64,000 bases of DNA from Zygnema circumcarinatum SAG 698-1b. Its lineage: Eukaryota; Plantae; Zygnematophyceae. The stretch covers positions 1,426,001 to 1,490,000 of the forward strand of contig CM074807.1 in the NCBI GenBank assembly GCA_037447605.1. Reading direction: 5' to 3'. Under the pieces are notes generated by a model, which did not search any database, was not told the origin of the DNA, and saw nothing but the letters and a program-made list of their open reading frames with translations. This document shows, piece after piece, positions 22,201-36,980 of this stretch (position 1 is the first letter of the stretch; every line of letters begins with the position of its first letter). A program made the translations under genes and the position numbers.

Positions 22201-25200
22201 GCTCTTCCTTAGCTCTTCTAAACCAGTCCTGCGGTTTGCTGCTGTTCGCACGTTGAACAAAGTAAGTTTGCAACTCACGGCCACCCCTCTCCATGCATCA
22301 AATTCCGTGCGACTGCGCAGCTGCTGTTCGTTGGGGCACCTTGAGGTTTACATTCTTTGTTTACCCCATTTCCATTTTTGTTTGCAGGTGGCAATGACCC
22401 ATCCCCTTGCTGTGACGAACTGCAACATAGATATGGAGACGCTTATCTCTGATCAGAATCGGAGCATTGCTACCTTGGCCATTACCACACTCTTGAAGAC
22501 AGGCAACGAATCAAGTGTCGACAGGCTGATGAAGCAGATCACGAACTTCATGTCAGACATTGCAGACGAGTTCAAGATTGTTGTAGTGGAGGCCATTCGC
22601 TCCCTTTGTCTGAAATTCCCCCAAAAATACCGAACTTTGTACGTATTCCTTTTCCTGTTCTAGCGTATGTCTATCCTGCACGCTGCATCCCTTTACTTTT
22701 GGCTGACGTACTAATGAACGAGTCTGAACCATATCAGTCTTTAATTCTGCATGTTTGCAGGATGAATTTCCTAAGCAACATTTTGCGAGAAGAAGGTGGC
22801 TTTGACTACAAAAAAGCGATCGTTGATTCCATTTTGATTTTGATCCGTGAAATTCCGGATGCCAAGGAGAGTGGCCTGTCTCATCTCTGCGAGTTCATTG
22901 AAGACTGTGAATTCACCTATCTTTCAACACAGGTTTGTTATTCCTGACTCTAACCCTGATCTAGTCATCCCAAATCAGTCTACAACACAGTTGCCACTTC
23001 ATGCACCATAGAAACTCCAACATGGCCTCATGTTGTCTCCCTGGCCATACCTAGCGGTGGGTCATGCTGCATGCAGAGGCAAGCATGAACGAGCTTTTTT
23101 TTGGATGCATTGCAGATTTTGCACTTGCTCGGTAAAGAGGGACCCAAGACTACTGATCCCAGTAGATACATCCGCTATATTTACAACCGTGTCATTCTGG
23201 AAAATGCGACCGTAAGGGCTTGCGCAGTCACAACACTTGCAAATTTTGGAGCAGCGGTCGACTCTCTGAGGGTATGCCTATCGAAAACTATCGTCGTCCC
23301 TTTCTCGGGCTTTGCATGTGCCTGTTTATGTGGTTGGAACAGTGTGTTTTCTTAGATTGAATGGAATTTGACCTCCCTTCCCATGTGTTATTCGTATTGT
23401 TGATGTCACTGCAGCCACGTGTCATAGTCCTCTTGCGGCGGTGTCTATATGACAACGATGATGAGGTGAGTTTCACGAATTGACTTCACATTTGAGTACT
23501 TTCTGCCGAGTGGAGCCGGACAGCCGCAGACACCAGTAAATTGCCTAGTTTTTACATCCCCTGTAGATGTTGTAAGGCTGAAAATCAAAATCTATACTCG
23601 TCACTTTCATTCCCGACATCAAGAATGCTAATTACATTTGGAGTATGGCTTACTCCTTGATGGGGTTTGACTTTCTTGATTTTGTTTATTATGTCTCCCC
23701 TTGATCTTGTTGACCAGTATTTGTTTGGCGTGCGTGCAGGTTCGAGATCGTGCCACTTTGTACCTTAATGTCTTGGGAGGTGACGGAGAGGAATCCGTAG
23801 CTACGGATGGTGCAAAGAACTTTATGTTGGAAGAAATGGACGTGCCTATTGCCAACTTGGAACACAGCTTGCGGATCTATGTGAGTAGTTACAGATTATG
23901 ATTCGGATCAGTCGAACTAACTCTTTGTTACACCAGAGAATGCACTATTTTTTCCTTTGCTTTATCTTACTTTGGAGCGAGACATGTAGTGCCATCTCAT
24001 TTACTTTCATTTCGACCATTTTTCCATGATCAGGTGGCAAGCGAGCAATCGTTTGATATCGCGGCAGTGCCCCGAGAAACGAAGGGGCTCCCACTTGCTG
24101 ATCGGAAGCCGAAAAAGAAGGAAGCAGCTGCTAAGGCGACTGCCAATGGGTTGCCCATAGGGGCTGCAGCAGTGGACGCTTACGAGAAGTCCTTGAATGC
24201 AATTCCCCAATTCAGCTCCTTCGGCAAACTCTTTAAGGTAGTGATGAACACCTACTTCCATGTAGGACATTTAAGTTTCAGGCGCTTCTTCTTCTGTTGG
24301 GGTCTTTACAAATATTTCGGCTGACAATGATATTGAGTCTTTGCTCGTGCAGTCATCTACGCCTACTGAGCTGACCGAAGCTGAGACAGAATATTCTGTG
24401 ATTGTCATAAAGCACGTTTACCCGGAACACCTTGTCCTTCAATTCAACTGCTCGAACACTATTGCAGAGCAAGTGCTTGAAAATGTAAGTACTCTGCAGA
24501 GGTGGTTACTTGACCCGCCTCTTGCAAAGGTCGTGATTTTTGTCAAGCGCTTACACCGCTTGACATGCGGTCTTCACAGGCTGTTCGTAGTTCCAAATGT
24601 TTTGTTCTCTGCAAATTGTGGACTTTAAGACAACCTTACACTAGGAGTATATTCCGGTTCGTTGCAGGTGAGCGTGGTTGTGGACTTAACGGAGGCAGAG
24701 GAGTTCGCGGAAGTGGCAACGATACCATTGAAGCAACTATCATATGGCGAGACAGGAAAAACTTATGTTGCGTTTGCTACACAGGCTGAGGGCACGCTTG
24801 CCTTGGGGAAGTTTAGCTGCATGCTCAAATTCCGCGTTAAGGAGGTCGGTGAAGAGTAACCCACATTGAAACCAAGCACATGTCCTGCGTGTTTTGTTCT
24901 TTTTTCTTGATTTAGGTGTGGCAATAGCCAACATTCACTGACAAGGTTGCGTGCTGGCAATTTATTTGCATTGGGGCGGTCATCTTAGGATTATGACCCA
25001 TCTTCACTTTGTTATCTTTTATCACAGGTGGATCCCACCACTGGGGAGGCAGAGGAGGATGGATATGAAGATGAGTACCAGTTGGAAGATCTGGAGGTAT
25101 GACAGAGAGAGATGCTAAATAGGATAGATTGTGCCATTTCTCTGTGGACCTGCTGGCAGTTCAACATCACTTGGAATTCAGCTCGCTCCTCCTTTCATAC

Positions 25201-25982
25201 AATAGTGACAGGAGCCTGTAATAAAGTGCAGCTAATGTTTAACTGCTAAGGAATTCTCAGTGATAATACTCTCCAGCACTCAGGGTGAAGTGTTAGCTCA
25301 TGAATGCAGGTGGTTGCGGCTGACTACATTTCCAAGACAGCAGTTCCCAACTTCCGAAACGCATGGGAGTCATTGGATGCTTCTTTGGAGCGTGTGGACG
25401 AGTACGGATTGGGAGTTCGAGAGGGTCTACAAGAGGCTGTGGAAGCTGTCATTGGAATTTTGGGCATGCAGGCCTGCGAGGTAATAATCCCTCCACCCAT
25501 ATCTATGTACATGTTCTAGCTTGTTTTGGGGAGAAATTCTAGGCATGTACACGGCTTGCTTAGTTTGCAGGAGACTGCGAGCGAGGAGAGAGAGAGAAGG
25601 TCCTGGTACCCTGCAACATGCAGGTCGCAAAGTGCAATCGAGTTCTCCTCTTTGTCGTGCCTGTATCGTTTGTAGCTTCTCTCATCCGAATGTTCTTATT
25701 GAATTGCCAAGTCAGCTGCAATGTTGAGGAAGCTTCTCTTCAATGAATCAGAGCCTGTCTCCTAAAGTGCTCCCGGTACTTCCGCAGGGAACGGAGCTTG
25801 TGGCTGGCAATGCCCGATCTCACCAGTGCTTGCTGGCCGGCCTCTTCACTGGCAATGTACAAATTCTGGTGAGACTCTCCTTTGGAATTGACAGTCAAAA
25901 GCAGGTCGCCATGAAGCTGGCAGTTCGATCAGATGACCAAGCGGTGAGCGACCTCATACATGAAATCATTGCCAATGCTTAA
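19262..25982 (+). CDS. COPG: Coatomer subunit gamma (gamma-COP), many exons
   Basis: [17 protein letters not shown]|[98 protein letters not shown], ending [20 protein letters not shown]. Confidence 0.97.
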
Positions 25983-27674
25983 AGCTACTCTGAGTTGATT
26001 GCCACTCATATAAAGGTGGCAGCCATTCAACTGTCTGCGGTCAATTCACCATTTTGTCGCCCTCTAAGCCATCAAAAGAGGAAGCCACCATTTCCAACTC
26101 TTCCGAAGCAGGGACTGCAGCAGTTATGTGGAGCTGCTAGTAAGTTAGGTTTGTTAATCGTTACGGATGAATGAAGGAAGTAAAGGCCAGAGTCTTTTTC
26201 GTATTTAGCAACCTCTCATGTGGATTTACATGATCCTCCTTAACTGCTATCTTGCTGGGACAAGTTTTTGCTCAACTCTTGAAAAAGTTCTTTTCTCAAC
26301 GGCGTATTACATAATTTTGAGTGTTGATACCAAGCAAGGTCCAGATTTGGCTCTGGTCATGGGTGAGCCAGGGACCGTGAAGATATTGCGTAGTCCACAA
26401 AGTGGGTCTAATGGCAATCCACTGAACGCCCTTGCGGCGAATGTTTCGGTCTGTCAGAGTCTTTGGCGGTCGTGTTCTCGAGCCCATAATGCTCAGCTGC
26501 CGAAGAAGCCATACAACTGACGGTGACCATGACCAACTGACCGACCATGACCACTGACCATGACCGTGCTCGAAGCACTCTTACGTCGCTATGAGGAGAA
26601 TTTCCGAGATATAAATGGCAAAAAAGAGAAAATGTGTCCACTGCCGTCGGAGATGTGATGCCTGTTGTGAGTCCTAAGTTTTTTCGAGTGCGATTCTCAC
26701 CTTGATCGTGCAAGAGCTTCACGGCAGATTTCAACAATTACTGCTGAGAACAGTGAAGGGTATGCTGCTATACCTGCTGGGCAGTCTGTGGTTGATGTGA
26801 GAATGCATGAGCGCGATGTGAAGATGCATGTACATGATGTGAAACCGACAGCATCACCATAAAGTTTCCATGGGAGGCCCGCATCAAAACCTGCGCACAA
26901 TTTATTGCGTACGGGCTGGGCTGGAAGCCAGCCAAAGTGACGGAATGTACTGCACTGCCCCGGCTAGAGTACAACTTCTGACCTCAGCAGAAAAAATTAA
27001 GCTAAAAAAGAAAATAATATCCAATTCTGCACCATTACCCTTTTTGAACCGGAAATAGCAGACTTCATAACAAGGACATATGAAAGAATCTTCCCTCGAA
27101 CCACTTTCTTCCTTCCTCCACCCTCCCGCCCGGTTTGCTGGTCCGACACGCACCTCTCTGTATTAACAGCCCTCAGCTCAGTTCCCTACCTCTACTATAT
27201 ACCTTCATCTAAGGCAGATTATTAGTCGACCGCCCATGTGAGACTTACTTTTCCTTGCATACACTGTTGAAGATAGTACGTCACCCTAGCAGAATCAGCA
27301 TCCTGAGCACTTCTCATCCCCCCCTGCAGCCGATGACAGTACCGACGACCTGCCTGCACGTTCTGACTGTGACTGCATTACTGCGCTCTTCACCAAGCAC
27401 ACCCCTTAAGAACCTTCCCGCCATGAGTCACACGGCATTCACCTGGACCCACCGCCCCTCACTTGTCAGACTCAGTTCAGAAGTCGCCGTAGGTGGATGT
27501 GCAGGAAAGCACATCCGTCTCCCTGGTGGCTCCAAGCGCGAACCAGGTGTGTCGAAAAAACAAATGAAGGAAAAATGGGGACCTTCGACCATGCTCCTTT
27601 GCATTAGACTGAATGACTCTGCAGAGCCCTCTTCTCGCTAACCTTAGTAAGAGCATTCCATGCTTCACCCTGCT

Positions 27675-30600
27675 CTACCATCCTTCGAACCACGGTGAGT
27701 CCTGGTTGTGCGGTTGAAACCCCGGAGCCTTTGCAGGCACACTATGCTCCACTGCAGGAAGCAGCTTCTGCGCTGCCGCCAATCGCTGCAGCAGCTGGGG
27801 AGTAGGGGATGCCCGATGCGAGAGAAGTTCCTCCCACGCTACTCCGTCAAAAAATGGATGCTCTTTCACCGCTTCAACTCCTCCTTTACCACAGCCGAGC
27901 CTGTCTTCGGGGCGAACGGCCAAAAGCTGCTCAAAAACAATCCCCCATACGAAGGAGCAAATCAGCATTTGGCTAAGGCATACTTCAGTCTGTGACTTCA
28001 TTGCAAGGTACACGTGCCACAATGGGACCTAGACAATTGATAGCAGCCTTCCAACTAGAATACCCCTTACAGCATTCTAAACAGCATACCTTATCCACAA
28101 TGTCAGTCGCTTTAGGGGGGAAGCCTGGAGGGAAGCGCAATTCCCGCTGTGCTATTCGAGTGTACAACTGAAGCTCTCTGTCACGCCACGACCCAAAGGG
28201 ACCTTCTCCGACAAGTAGAGTATAGATGAGCACACCGAGAGCCCACCTGCACGCACGATCCCACTCCCATTTTCAGCTACCAACAACTCGATGCCCTCTT
28301 TTACTCGATCTGCTTCTTGTACTACAAGCCTAGACACCGCCAGGCTTCATGCTGCGAACTCTGCTTCCTTTCTTTTCAACAAGCTCCACTTGGGATCCCC
28401 AATACAGGAAAAGTAGCCCTGAAGCTCACACCCGCAGTTTTTAGGGTTTTTAGGGTCCACTAAAGCCATGATGCCAGAACGGCGTGCCCTTCTTTCATCT
28501 CTACTGTAGGCACCCTCAAGTTTCATGGTACTAAGCTTTCTTAGATCGCTTCCAAAGACTACGAATGGTACGTTTTCTCAATACAGGTTAGGCCAGCAGC
28601 TCGCACCCCTTCGTCTGAAAGTGATGATGCGGCAAGGCTAATGCTCACCAGTCTGCGGGCTGACCATGGCCTATTCCAAGAACGATTTCGGGCGCCAAGA
28701 AATCGGGAGCTCCGCACATTGTTAGGGTTCGACCATCAGCCAACCGCTTTGCATATCGTAAGTCCGCCATCTGCCGTGAGCAGCCCCTAGTGAGTCCTTC
28801 GCCATTCCGTTCAATGTCTACTCTCCCTCTCCCCTCCAACTACTTCTGACATCGGCATCGTACAGTAATGGTAATGACCGATGGATTGACTTAACTCAAT
28901 TCGGACTACTGTACATCATTTGTTTGTGCACATTTAAAATGAATGGATTGTTATCTACTCTCAGTAGGAAGCAGAAGGATCAATCATACGATATTCGAGT
29001 GGATGAAACTGCTGCAAGTGGATCTATCCAAAAGTTGGCCTTGTCAGTGGCCCCAATTGTTGGAACAAGCTGGCATGGAAGATCAGGCCATTACTGAGTT
29101 CCCTCTAAGGAACATTGAATCACATCCCGGATTGAGTTTTCAGTACTAGAAAAAGCTTCATGTGGAACATTTCCTGTATGTGATTGAATCACACTATAAA
29201 TTGCACCAGTGCATTCTTTGCTTGATTTATACGAATCTGCTCCTTAAACGACCTTCATGAACGGCATACTGTGTTAGGTATGCAACATACGTCATGAAAA
29301 TGAGCAAAATAAAAATCTTGTTTTGAAAAACCGTGAACTGGGGAAACTGTGTGAGGATACCATCACCTGGAAGCAAACTCGCAACTCAACAGGTAAAGGC
29401 ACGGAAGTCTTACGAGATTCATTTCTACTTACACTAATCCTTTTGCCCACTCTTGCAAACAAATGCCTTTTTTCTCCATCAATTGACAAAGGCGTGCACA
29501 ACCATTCTGCTGTCTCACATGTCTTATGTCTATTACGTTGTCTTATATGCAAGTATTGGCCACATTAACAACCAGCAAAATGAGAGGTGGCAGGAAGAAT
29601 TACCTGCAGGCGGCCTTTGTCATCAAGGTAAAGCGTCTCGGGGGCCACACTTCGGCACACCACTCCGTCCTGTCCATCCAACAGCCCCTTCAATACTCCT
29701 ACAAAACCTGCCAGCTTAAGGTTCAAACGAACGAGCGACCACCAAACAAAGTGGCTTTTTAAAGCTTGATCCTCTGTTGCTGTCAGTGGCAAGACTCTCA
29801 CCTGATGGAGAAGTTGCAGAGACAGCACAACACTTGCTGCAATGAACCGTGTTGATCCTTCTGTAAGAGGCTCTTGCAGCATGAGGCTGAGAGGGGCACC
29901 CAGACGAGAGCTGAAGACAAGCCCCACGTGTGAGCTGCTGGAAACTGTGGCGACCAAATCTGGCACAAATGGTGAAGGATTTAGAGCTCTCAACACTGAA
30001 CGTTCCCGCAATGTCTGGAGAGAACGCCCCAACTTATGGACTTTCGCCTTACTCCATCTCTTCAGAACTCCTGCCACACCTGCAGTTCGCCACAGCTCCC
30101 CATGGGCAGATATAGCTTTGTCAAGCCTCAAAAAGCTGTTCTTGGAGGGACTGCACTTCATGTACGAAATGAATAAGGAGACTGAGATGGAAGCCTCCAA
30201 ATTGGCAGAGCAAATAGCCAATATGATTTGCCCTGAAACTATTCTGGCATGTTACAGGAACGAGCCTCACCATGTTGCCTATGTCGCACATGGCCCATCT
30301 CAAAGCAATCATGCTCCATGATACCTTCTTCCCATTCCTGCATCACCCAATCTCCCAACACCTCTCATGAGCTTATCTGCACATATCAGGACATATATAT
30401 GAGGTGAATCCTATGTCTACATAATCTTCAAAAAGCTATATAGCTGCCTTCACCTGCCACGTGCGTTTGGTTTGCGTTTGCTAGGCCAGATTACGCTAAT
30501 TGTAAACAGAAACGTCTTCAGATGTTGTCCCCATTAAGTTTCTCTAGGATAAGTTTAATCGTGCGCACATACAATGTTACGTACTTCCGAAGAATGTTCT

Positions 30601-33600
30601 GAACAATTTTGCATGGATCAACCTCGGAGTCAACAAAAAGGTCAACAAAGAAGTTATGACCTTTCAGTTCAATCGACCCCCTATAATATTCACATGTTTT
30701 ATTCCCATGCATAATACTCCTGTCGTCAGCCTAGGTTGCAACCTACGAATCCCGAGATCCTACTATTCCAAGAGACCGTATATTCCTCAATTAGCCACAT
30801 TCACTATCTTATAGTTGTCCACTAAGACTACATCTCCAGACAGTCACTAGACTTTTGCTTACAATGAGCAGTTCCACCTTGAAAAACACGGGCATTTCAC
30901 TCAGCAGTTCCCTTGCCTTCAATAAATGCCCTTCTACTGCCTATTCAAGCCTTGATACGTTTCCAAAATCACATACACATCTCTTGTTCTGCGAACCCCA
31001 AGTAGAATTTCCATAGATATTCCCTCCCGCACTTTGAAGCGGCACCTAGGGGCCTTGCAAGCTTAGCAACAGCTTATTCCCCGTTTCCTTTGACTGTGGC
31101 CTATCTAATTCATGGCGTTCAGGCTTTTTCATTCGCCCAAAGACCTAAAACGTTATCGGCGCAAGTCTCCAGCACTGGTCAAGAAGCAGGCAGGCAGAAG
31201 GCAGCAATTACCAGTTGCGATAACTGAACGTCTCCCAATAAACGGCGAGCTGAGTCCTTGTCACGGTCTGCACGTAACTGCGCTCGCCGTTGCCGCAGCC
31301 TACAGAAAAACGTCAAAGTTCATTAGCCATCGTCTCAGTCAGAAAAGCACTCACATCACCATGGTACTCTTCCAAAAACATCTTAAGTAGCCCTCTCCCT
31401 TTAATGCCCACCTGCTGTCCTGTGCTGTCACAGTTGAAAGTTTGCCGACTGCCATGGATATCTGCTCCAAGGTAATACCCACTAGGTGGACTTCCCCTTG
31501 TGCAATCACAGTCACACGCGGCCCCTGCTTCTCGGGATACTGAAGCAGCCATTCCCCAATGATGTCTCCCGGACCATGCAGCTCTACCCCCTTCCTCTTG
31601 TCTGCCTCATCCCATGGGCTGCCATGGTTGTATCCATTCATACTATTCACATCCAGCACTTCCATGGCTACCTGCCCACTCTCCACAAGGTACGCCCTGT
31701 CCAGCTCGTCTTCCTGCAGGACCCCCAGTTATCCCTAAGTTTCCAATTGACAGTTGTCCTGCCAGATGTCAGACCAGCATTACGAGAGTGGCTGACAGCT
31801 TCGACAACCTTCCATTACAAAGCAGGAAGATCAGCAACAAGGGTTACAGAAACCACCCTATACGAAATGATTAATCGAAAATAGATTAGCTGCAGTGCAG
31901 AGAAGCAGCAGCCTACCGAGGTAATGAGAAGATCGCCATCCTGCAGCGTCTGAAGCTGCAACATACTGGCCAACCGCTGAAGTTGTGTAAAAGACAGTGG
32001 TTGCAGAAGGTCAACAGCACGGAGGGTGCGGACAATGTTTGTTTTGGGCAGACCATTTCGTTGGACGGAACGATATGCCTTCCGCTCCAAGACCCACACT
32101 GAGCCACTTGTAGCAGCCCTGACAGAGGCCTCCCTTCGAGTTGCATAACTGCAACCAGTCAGCCAAGAATGGCTCCATGCACCCTCAGAAAAACTATCCT
32201 GATGGACAGGATGCACCAAGACACAAGCAGTGGCGGCAATGCGAGACGAAAAGGAGCTTGTTACTAAATTGCAGGTTTACGCACAGCAGCGCGAGGTCCC
32301 CAAAGGTCTTCAAGGTCTCTGAGCTGGCAGAAGCGCTATAACGGTGCACAACTTGGCCTAGAGAGCGAGTCTCTGCTTCACCCTGCCCACAATCCAAGTA
32401 CACAACCTCTAAATGTTCCTCAGCCTTCCATATACGTGCCCTGGATTCTATATTCTGCTCGAATCCACTGTTATTAAAGTAGCACATTCTCCCGACCTCC
32501 TGCTGCAAGTCGATTGGACAATAGGCATGAACATGGGCCTCGTCTATTCATGATTAGGCCAGGTAGAGCTCTCCATGCACTGAAAGCAGCGTTAGATTCA
32601 CACGTCTCCTCGACCAGTTTGAAGGGGGCAGCTAACAGAATGCTTACTTGTTCTGAGGCCACCAGCACATCAAACTCGCCGTCCTCGCAGCAGTAGAACT
32701 TATCACCGATTTCCCCCTGGTTTTCGCCAATTCCAGACTGCGTCAGATACCGGTTCTCGAAGCTCTACCAGAAAAATAGTGTGTAAAAGGGAGGACATAG
32801 ACAGCCGGGTTTCAATCACCTGGCGGATGATGACGTCTCCAGGTTGCACCAGCTGCTTCTGCATGCTGTCAATTAGGAGCTGGCGCTGCTGCTCAGTCAG
32901 CTGCTGAAAAAGAAAGTTTTCTCGTAATGATGTCTCCAACCTCGTCTGCTTCCCAAGAAAAAAAATCGAGGGGAGTGGGGGGTGGAGAAGGCGCTGTTAA
33001 TGTGAATCTTTGCAGGGCTGACACTAGCAAACACCTCTTGATGTGATAAGTGACTCTCAGGTGACAAGCTTTGGGGCAAAACGAACGAAGGTACGGGAAT
33101 TTCAGTTTGAAGGCTTCGCATAAATAATTGAACTGTTCAATCTTAAAAATTGCTCGACACGAACAAAGCAGCCTCGAGGAAATGTTAGTGCCTCACTGAC
33201 TAAGCAGTTACCAAGGAAAGGCAAGTTTGTCTGGAAATTAACCAGAAAATGTATGGTACGCTCAGAGTGCAATTGAGGTGCTGCGCATTAGCAGCGAAAC
33301 TGAACCAACATACTCTGCAAGCAGAGTGACCTTCACATGATAAACGTGACAGCAAAGACAATGAATGAAATGCGTCTCCTGGACGCAACGCCACATGCAA
33401 AAATGTGAGCTCAATACCGAAAAAGAAAGACAACTGATGTCACGGCTAATAGCCCTTACACTAAAGGCTGACTGAAAAATGACCCGCTAAAAGATACCTG
33501 CTCCGCAGCAGTCTTTGAAGCGATATCGAAACGCTGCCCCCATGTCGTATCAATCTCCTGGCCCACTCCTTCGATAGCCATCCTCCGGCCTCTTACAGGA

Positions 33601-35407
33601 GCAGGTACTGCCCCTCCTATCGGAAGAGGTGACAAGTGGCCTGGTTGACCGTTTGGCAGTGGCTGACAAAACAAAGCGTAAAGGGTTTGGGAGACTAGTA
33701 GAACATGAGGCTACGAATAGGAGGTCTTTGCAACAAGCTTCCGAACATGACCTTTCCATGAATCGAGTTCAAAATAGCCACCTTGCTTATCTGCTGATCG
33801 CACAACCTTTCCTTGCAGGGCCGTCATCAAACGATTTCAGTGATTCTATGGAATTCCTAGATTCTACGTTCATAAGTTGCAAGAAAGTTTAATCGGTGAG
33901 AGGGCTGCAGAGAAGCAACAGTCAAATGCAGAATGAAAGTAAAGCATTTACCCCGGAAAGACCGTCCAGCATAATCACAATAATAGTGATGTCATCTGTA
34001 CGTGTCTCATACTGCAACCAGAGACGGTATGACTCCGCCACAACCGCAGCACATGCTTCGTAAGGGTTGTCAAATTTAGCAATCTGCAATGCGATACCCG
34101 TCACTGTTTAGCCTCATCACCATACAGGCGACGTGCAAATTCACTTCCTCGAAAAATTCTCTCCCAATCCTTGTATAGCTCGCCAGCTCTGCGGACAGAA
34201 AAGGATTACTACACCAAAAGCTTAACGGTGATAACGTGAGAATTCCATAGAAGATACGCCAATTTAATCCGGAGCTTACCATATCCACCACGGCCTGGCT
34301 GGATAGAAACTCGAACACGCCGTCACTCGCCAACACAACGAAGGGGTGATTTTCAGTGAGTGGGAGCACCAGCACCTCAGGAACAGCTGTCACGCCAATG
34401 CGCTCTGCAACTGTATCTCCCAAGCTCCGAGTAAAAGCAGTGCCAGGATACATCCCATTTGGAACCCAAAGACGTGGGGGATCACCATCATCATCATCCT
34501 CTCCTCCCCAACACTGTACGTGTGGATTTTTCAAGCCTTCTAGCTGATCCAAAGTCAAAACTCTCGCTCCACAGGCGCGTACTCTCGCACATTCATCTTC
34601 ACGGAAGGGAGTTTGATCATTGGAGAGGTCGACAGCCACCACCTTCTTCCCTCGCCTTTCTGCCAAAACCGCACGGGAGTCTCCTACGTTTGCTGCATAC
34701 AGCGTTCTGCCGCGCAGCAGCACCGCTATGCCAGTAGTACCGCTCATAGTATCATCAATGGGGGCGCGGTGGAGCTGCGCATTTGCACTCACAAAGGCTC
34801 CATGGAAGGCTTGCGGTACGTCGTTGCGAAAAAGTCGGTGGCGAAGAAGGTTATCAGCAACCCTAGCGCGAGAAAATTGTGAACAAGGTGTTCCATGCTC
34901 GCCATGGCCGTCATAGACGCCGAACAGGTGGTCATTCGGCTCCCCTCCAAAATTAGGTCCTACATAGAAACTATCCTGGTTAGCTTTGTTCGGCGCTTCC
35001 GGGTAATATCCTCTCTTGCTCAGACAAGCAAAGCGCAGCCTGTATCCGCCAGCTGGCACGTCTACGATCTGCACATAGTCAGGGCCGTCCACTGCAGACA
35101 CCTCCTCTGTGTAAGGAAGCTCTTCCAGTCCCTTCAGGAGGCGGTTCTCAGGGTGAGGAAGCGGCGCCGGCGGTTCAACCTGCTTATGGTGCTTCACTGC
35201 CGGAGGGGCTGCCTCTTCCTTCACCTGCACAGGTAGTGAGGCAGCCTGCTTCTCAGGCTCAGGTGGAGCAGCAGCAGGAGGCGTCCCTGCAGGAACCTCC
35301 GCATCTGCTAGCTTAACTTCTTCGCTCTTCGGCTTCTGTACTTTCTCCGCAGCCTTCGGCTCCAGCGGCTCCTCCTCTCTCACATCTTTGGCGTTCACGC
35401 ACCCCAT
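27675..35407 (-). CDS. PP2C phosphatase + two cyclic-nucleotide-binding domains + kinase-like domain (At2g20050 / plant PKG-like)
   Basis: MGC N-terminus. PP2C motifs ANQDSF, FGVYDGHG, ANVGDSRAV, LASDGVFEF and DDITIIVI. CNB exons (NFLFQQL, YVAASNGEFDVLV, GPGDIIGEW). AGC-like kinase exons to DSPWFEGW*. Exon 1 is 34280-35407. Confidence 0.93.
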
Positions 35408-36950
35408 GGCCGCAAACCTTCAGACCCTACTCAGACAGGACTCGTGCACATGCAGGTCCTTTCAGATGAGAGCGCCTGATTGAGGGAGGGAGGGAGGGAA
35501 GGAAAGAGGGAGGGATAGCTGCGGCCGACGCAGGAGAAGAAGGAAAGGGAGGGAGGGAGGGAGGAGGGAGAGCGGGCGGGCGGGCGGCGGCAGGGGCGGC
35601 CGGTAGCGCCTGCGTGCCTGCCAGTTTTCTGCCCTCCGCGGGCCATCGCGGGAGGCGGCCGCCCGCGCGGGACTCCGGCTTTCAAGTCCAGGAGCGTGAC
35701 GTCGAGTTTTTTGCCGCAAACCGGGTTTTTGTGGCGGGGCGCGCGCCACTTGGCGGCGCCTCGCCGGACAAATTGGTCGGGGCATGGCGAGGGGGGCGGG
35801 GCGCGCTGATTGGCTGCGGATTTCACGGAGGGGGGCTGGCACGGCCGTACGGTCCACGCTGGCAGTCACTGGCCGTTGAGCCGGGGAGGGCCGCCCTTTA
35901 TCTGCACACTCCTCATAAAGCGCGCCCGTCCGTACAAAAGCGCTGGTTTGCGCCCGCGCCCAACGGCCGCCCCAAGGTTGAGGTTCGAACTCAGAGATTA
36001 TTTCAAAACTAAAAAAGAAAATTATCTTTTTAAACATCGTTTTTCTACGCTTAATTTCCAAAAAGAAACAAAAGGATTTGGTTAGCAACACGACGAAAAG
36101 GCCTATTCCCACAATGCAAGCGTCAGCAACACTAGTGCAGCCAATCAGGAGCCGACGATCCCATGACGACGAAGGGCCGCATCCCCAAAAGATTCGTGGG
36201 GCGGCTCATTTGTCGTTTAGTGTGGCATGATTATATCTCCATATCGCCACGTACCGGCTGGGATCGACCTCAACTCGCCGGCGACCTCGACTCGATTGGC
36301 TGTGGGATTGTCGCCTGCCTCCAGTACTGTACGGGAACCATTAGACGGCACCGGCAGAATCTGGCCGTCATATCCGATACGCTGGCGATATTCCGATGCT
36401 GCCACGCGCCACGCTCGCGCAAACGACAGACCCCGCCCTGTCGACCATCGATCGCCCTCCGTCGGGTGGTCGGTGGCCCCTGATTGGCTGCAGCCTTCGT
36501 GTTCGCCCCTCCGTTTTGAGCGTGGGGGATTCTCGGTCGTGCGCTGATACCCTAAACAAACAATCAAATCAATAAATAAATAAACAAAATTACGGTACGG
36601 CGGCACCGCGTGCGTACCTGCCCGCGAGCCGAAACTTTTTGCGGCCCAAGTCCGTCCGCAGGATCTTATTGTCCCGTGCGCCGTGCGGCGCTGGCACGAA
36701 TTGAATTGAAGAGGGCCCCGCCCGCCCGCCCACGTGTCGCGCCAGCATCCTCGGAACCGCCTCCAGCCTGGCGAATCAATCGATGGTCAAGCCGTACAGG
36801 ATCGTACGAACGCACGGCGCGATATCCCCTGCAGACAGGTACCTTCTGTGCTTGCCGTACAGCTACAGTACACAATGGTACGGTGCAATGGTACGGCACG
36901 TGCTGCAGATTGCTCCGTACGCTCTGCGGACGTAGGCCAGGCCCATGCCC

Positions 36951-36980
36951 TGACGTCAGAAAGGGCTGACGTCAACGTCA
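36951..36980. promoter_or_regulatory. Paired TGACGTCA (C-box/CRE, as-1-like) palindromes
   Basis: TGACGTCA at 36951 and 36967, plus ACGTCA at 36975. Confidence 0.4.

Noticed and set aside
26218-27641. Several 60-130 aa ORFs between the gamma-COP and PP2C 3' ends
   Set aside because: No recognisable motifs or consistent splice chain; likely UTR or intergenic DNA.
30518-30712. Protein-like 64-aa ORF inside a PP2C intron
   Set aside because: Cannot be assigned to a family or spliced in frame with confidence.
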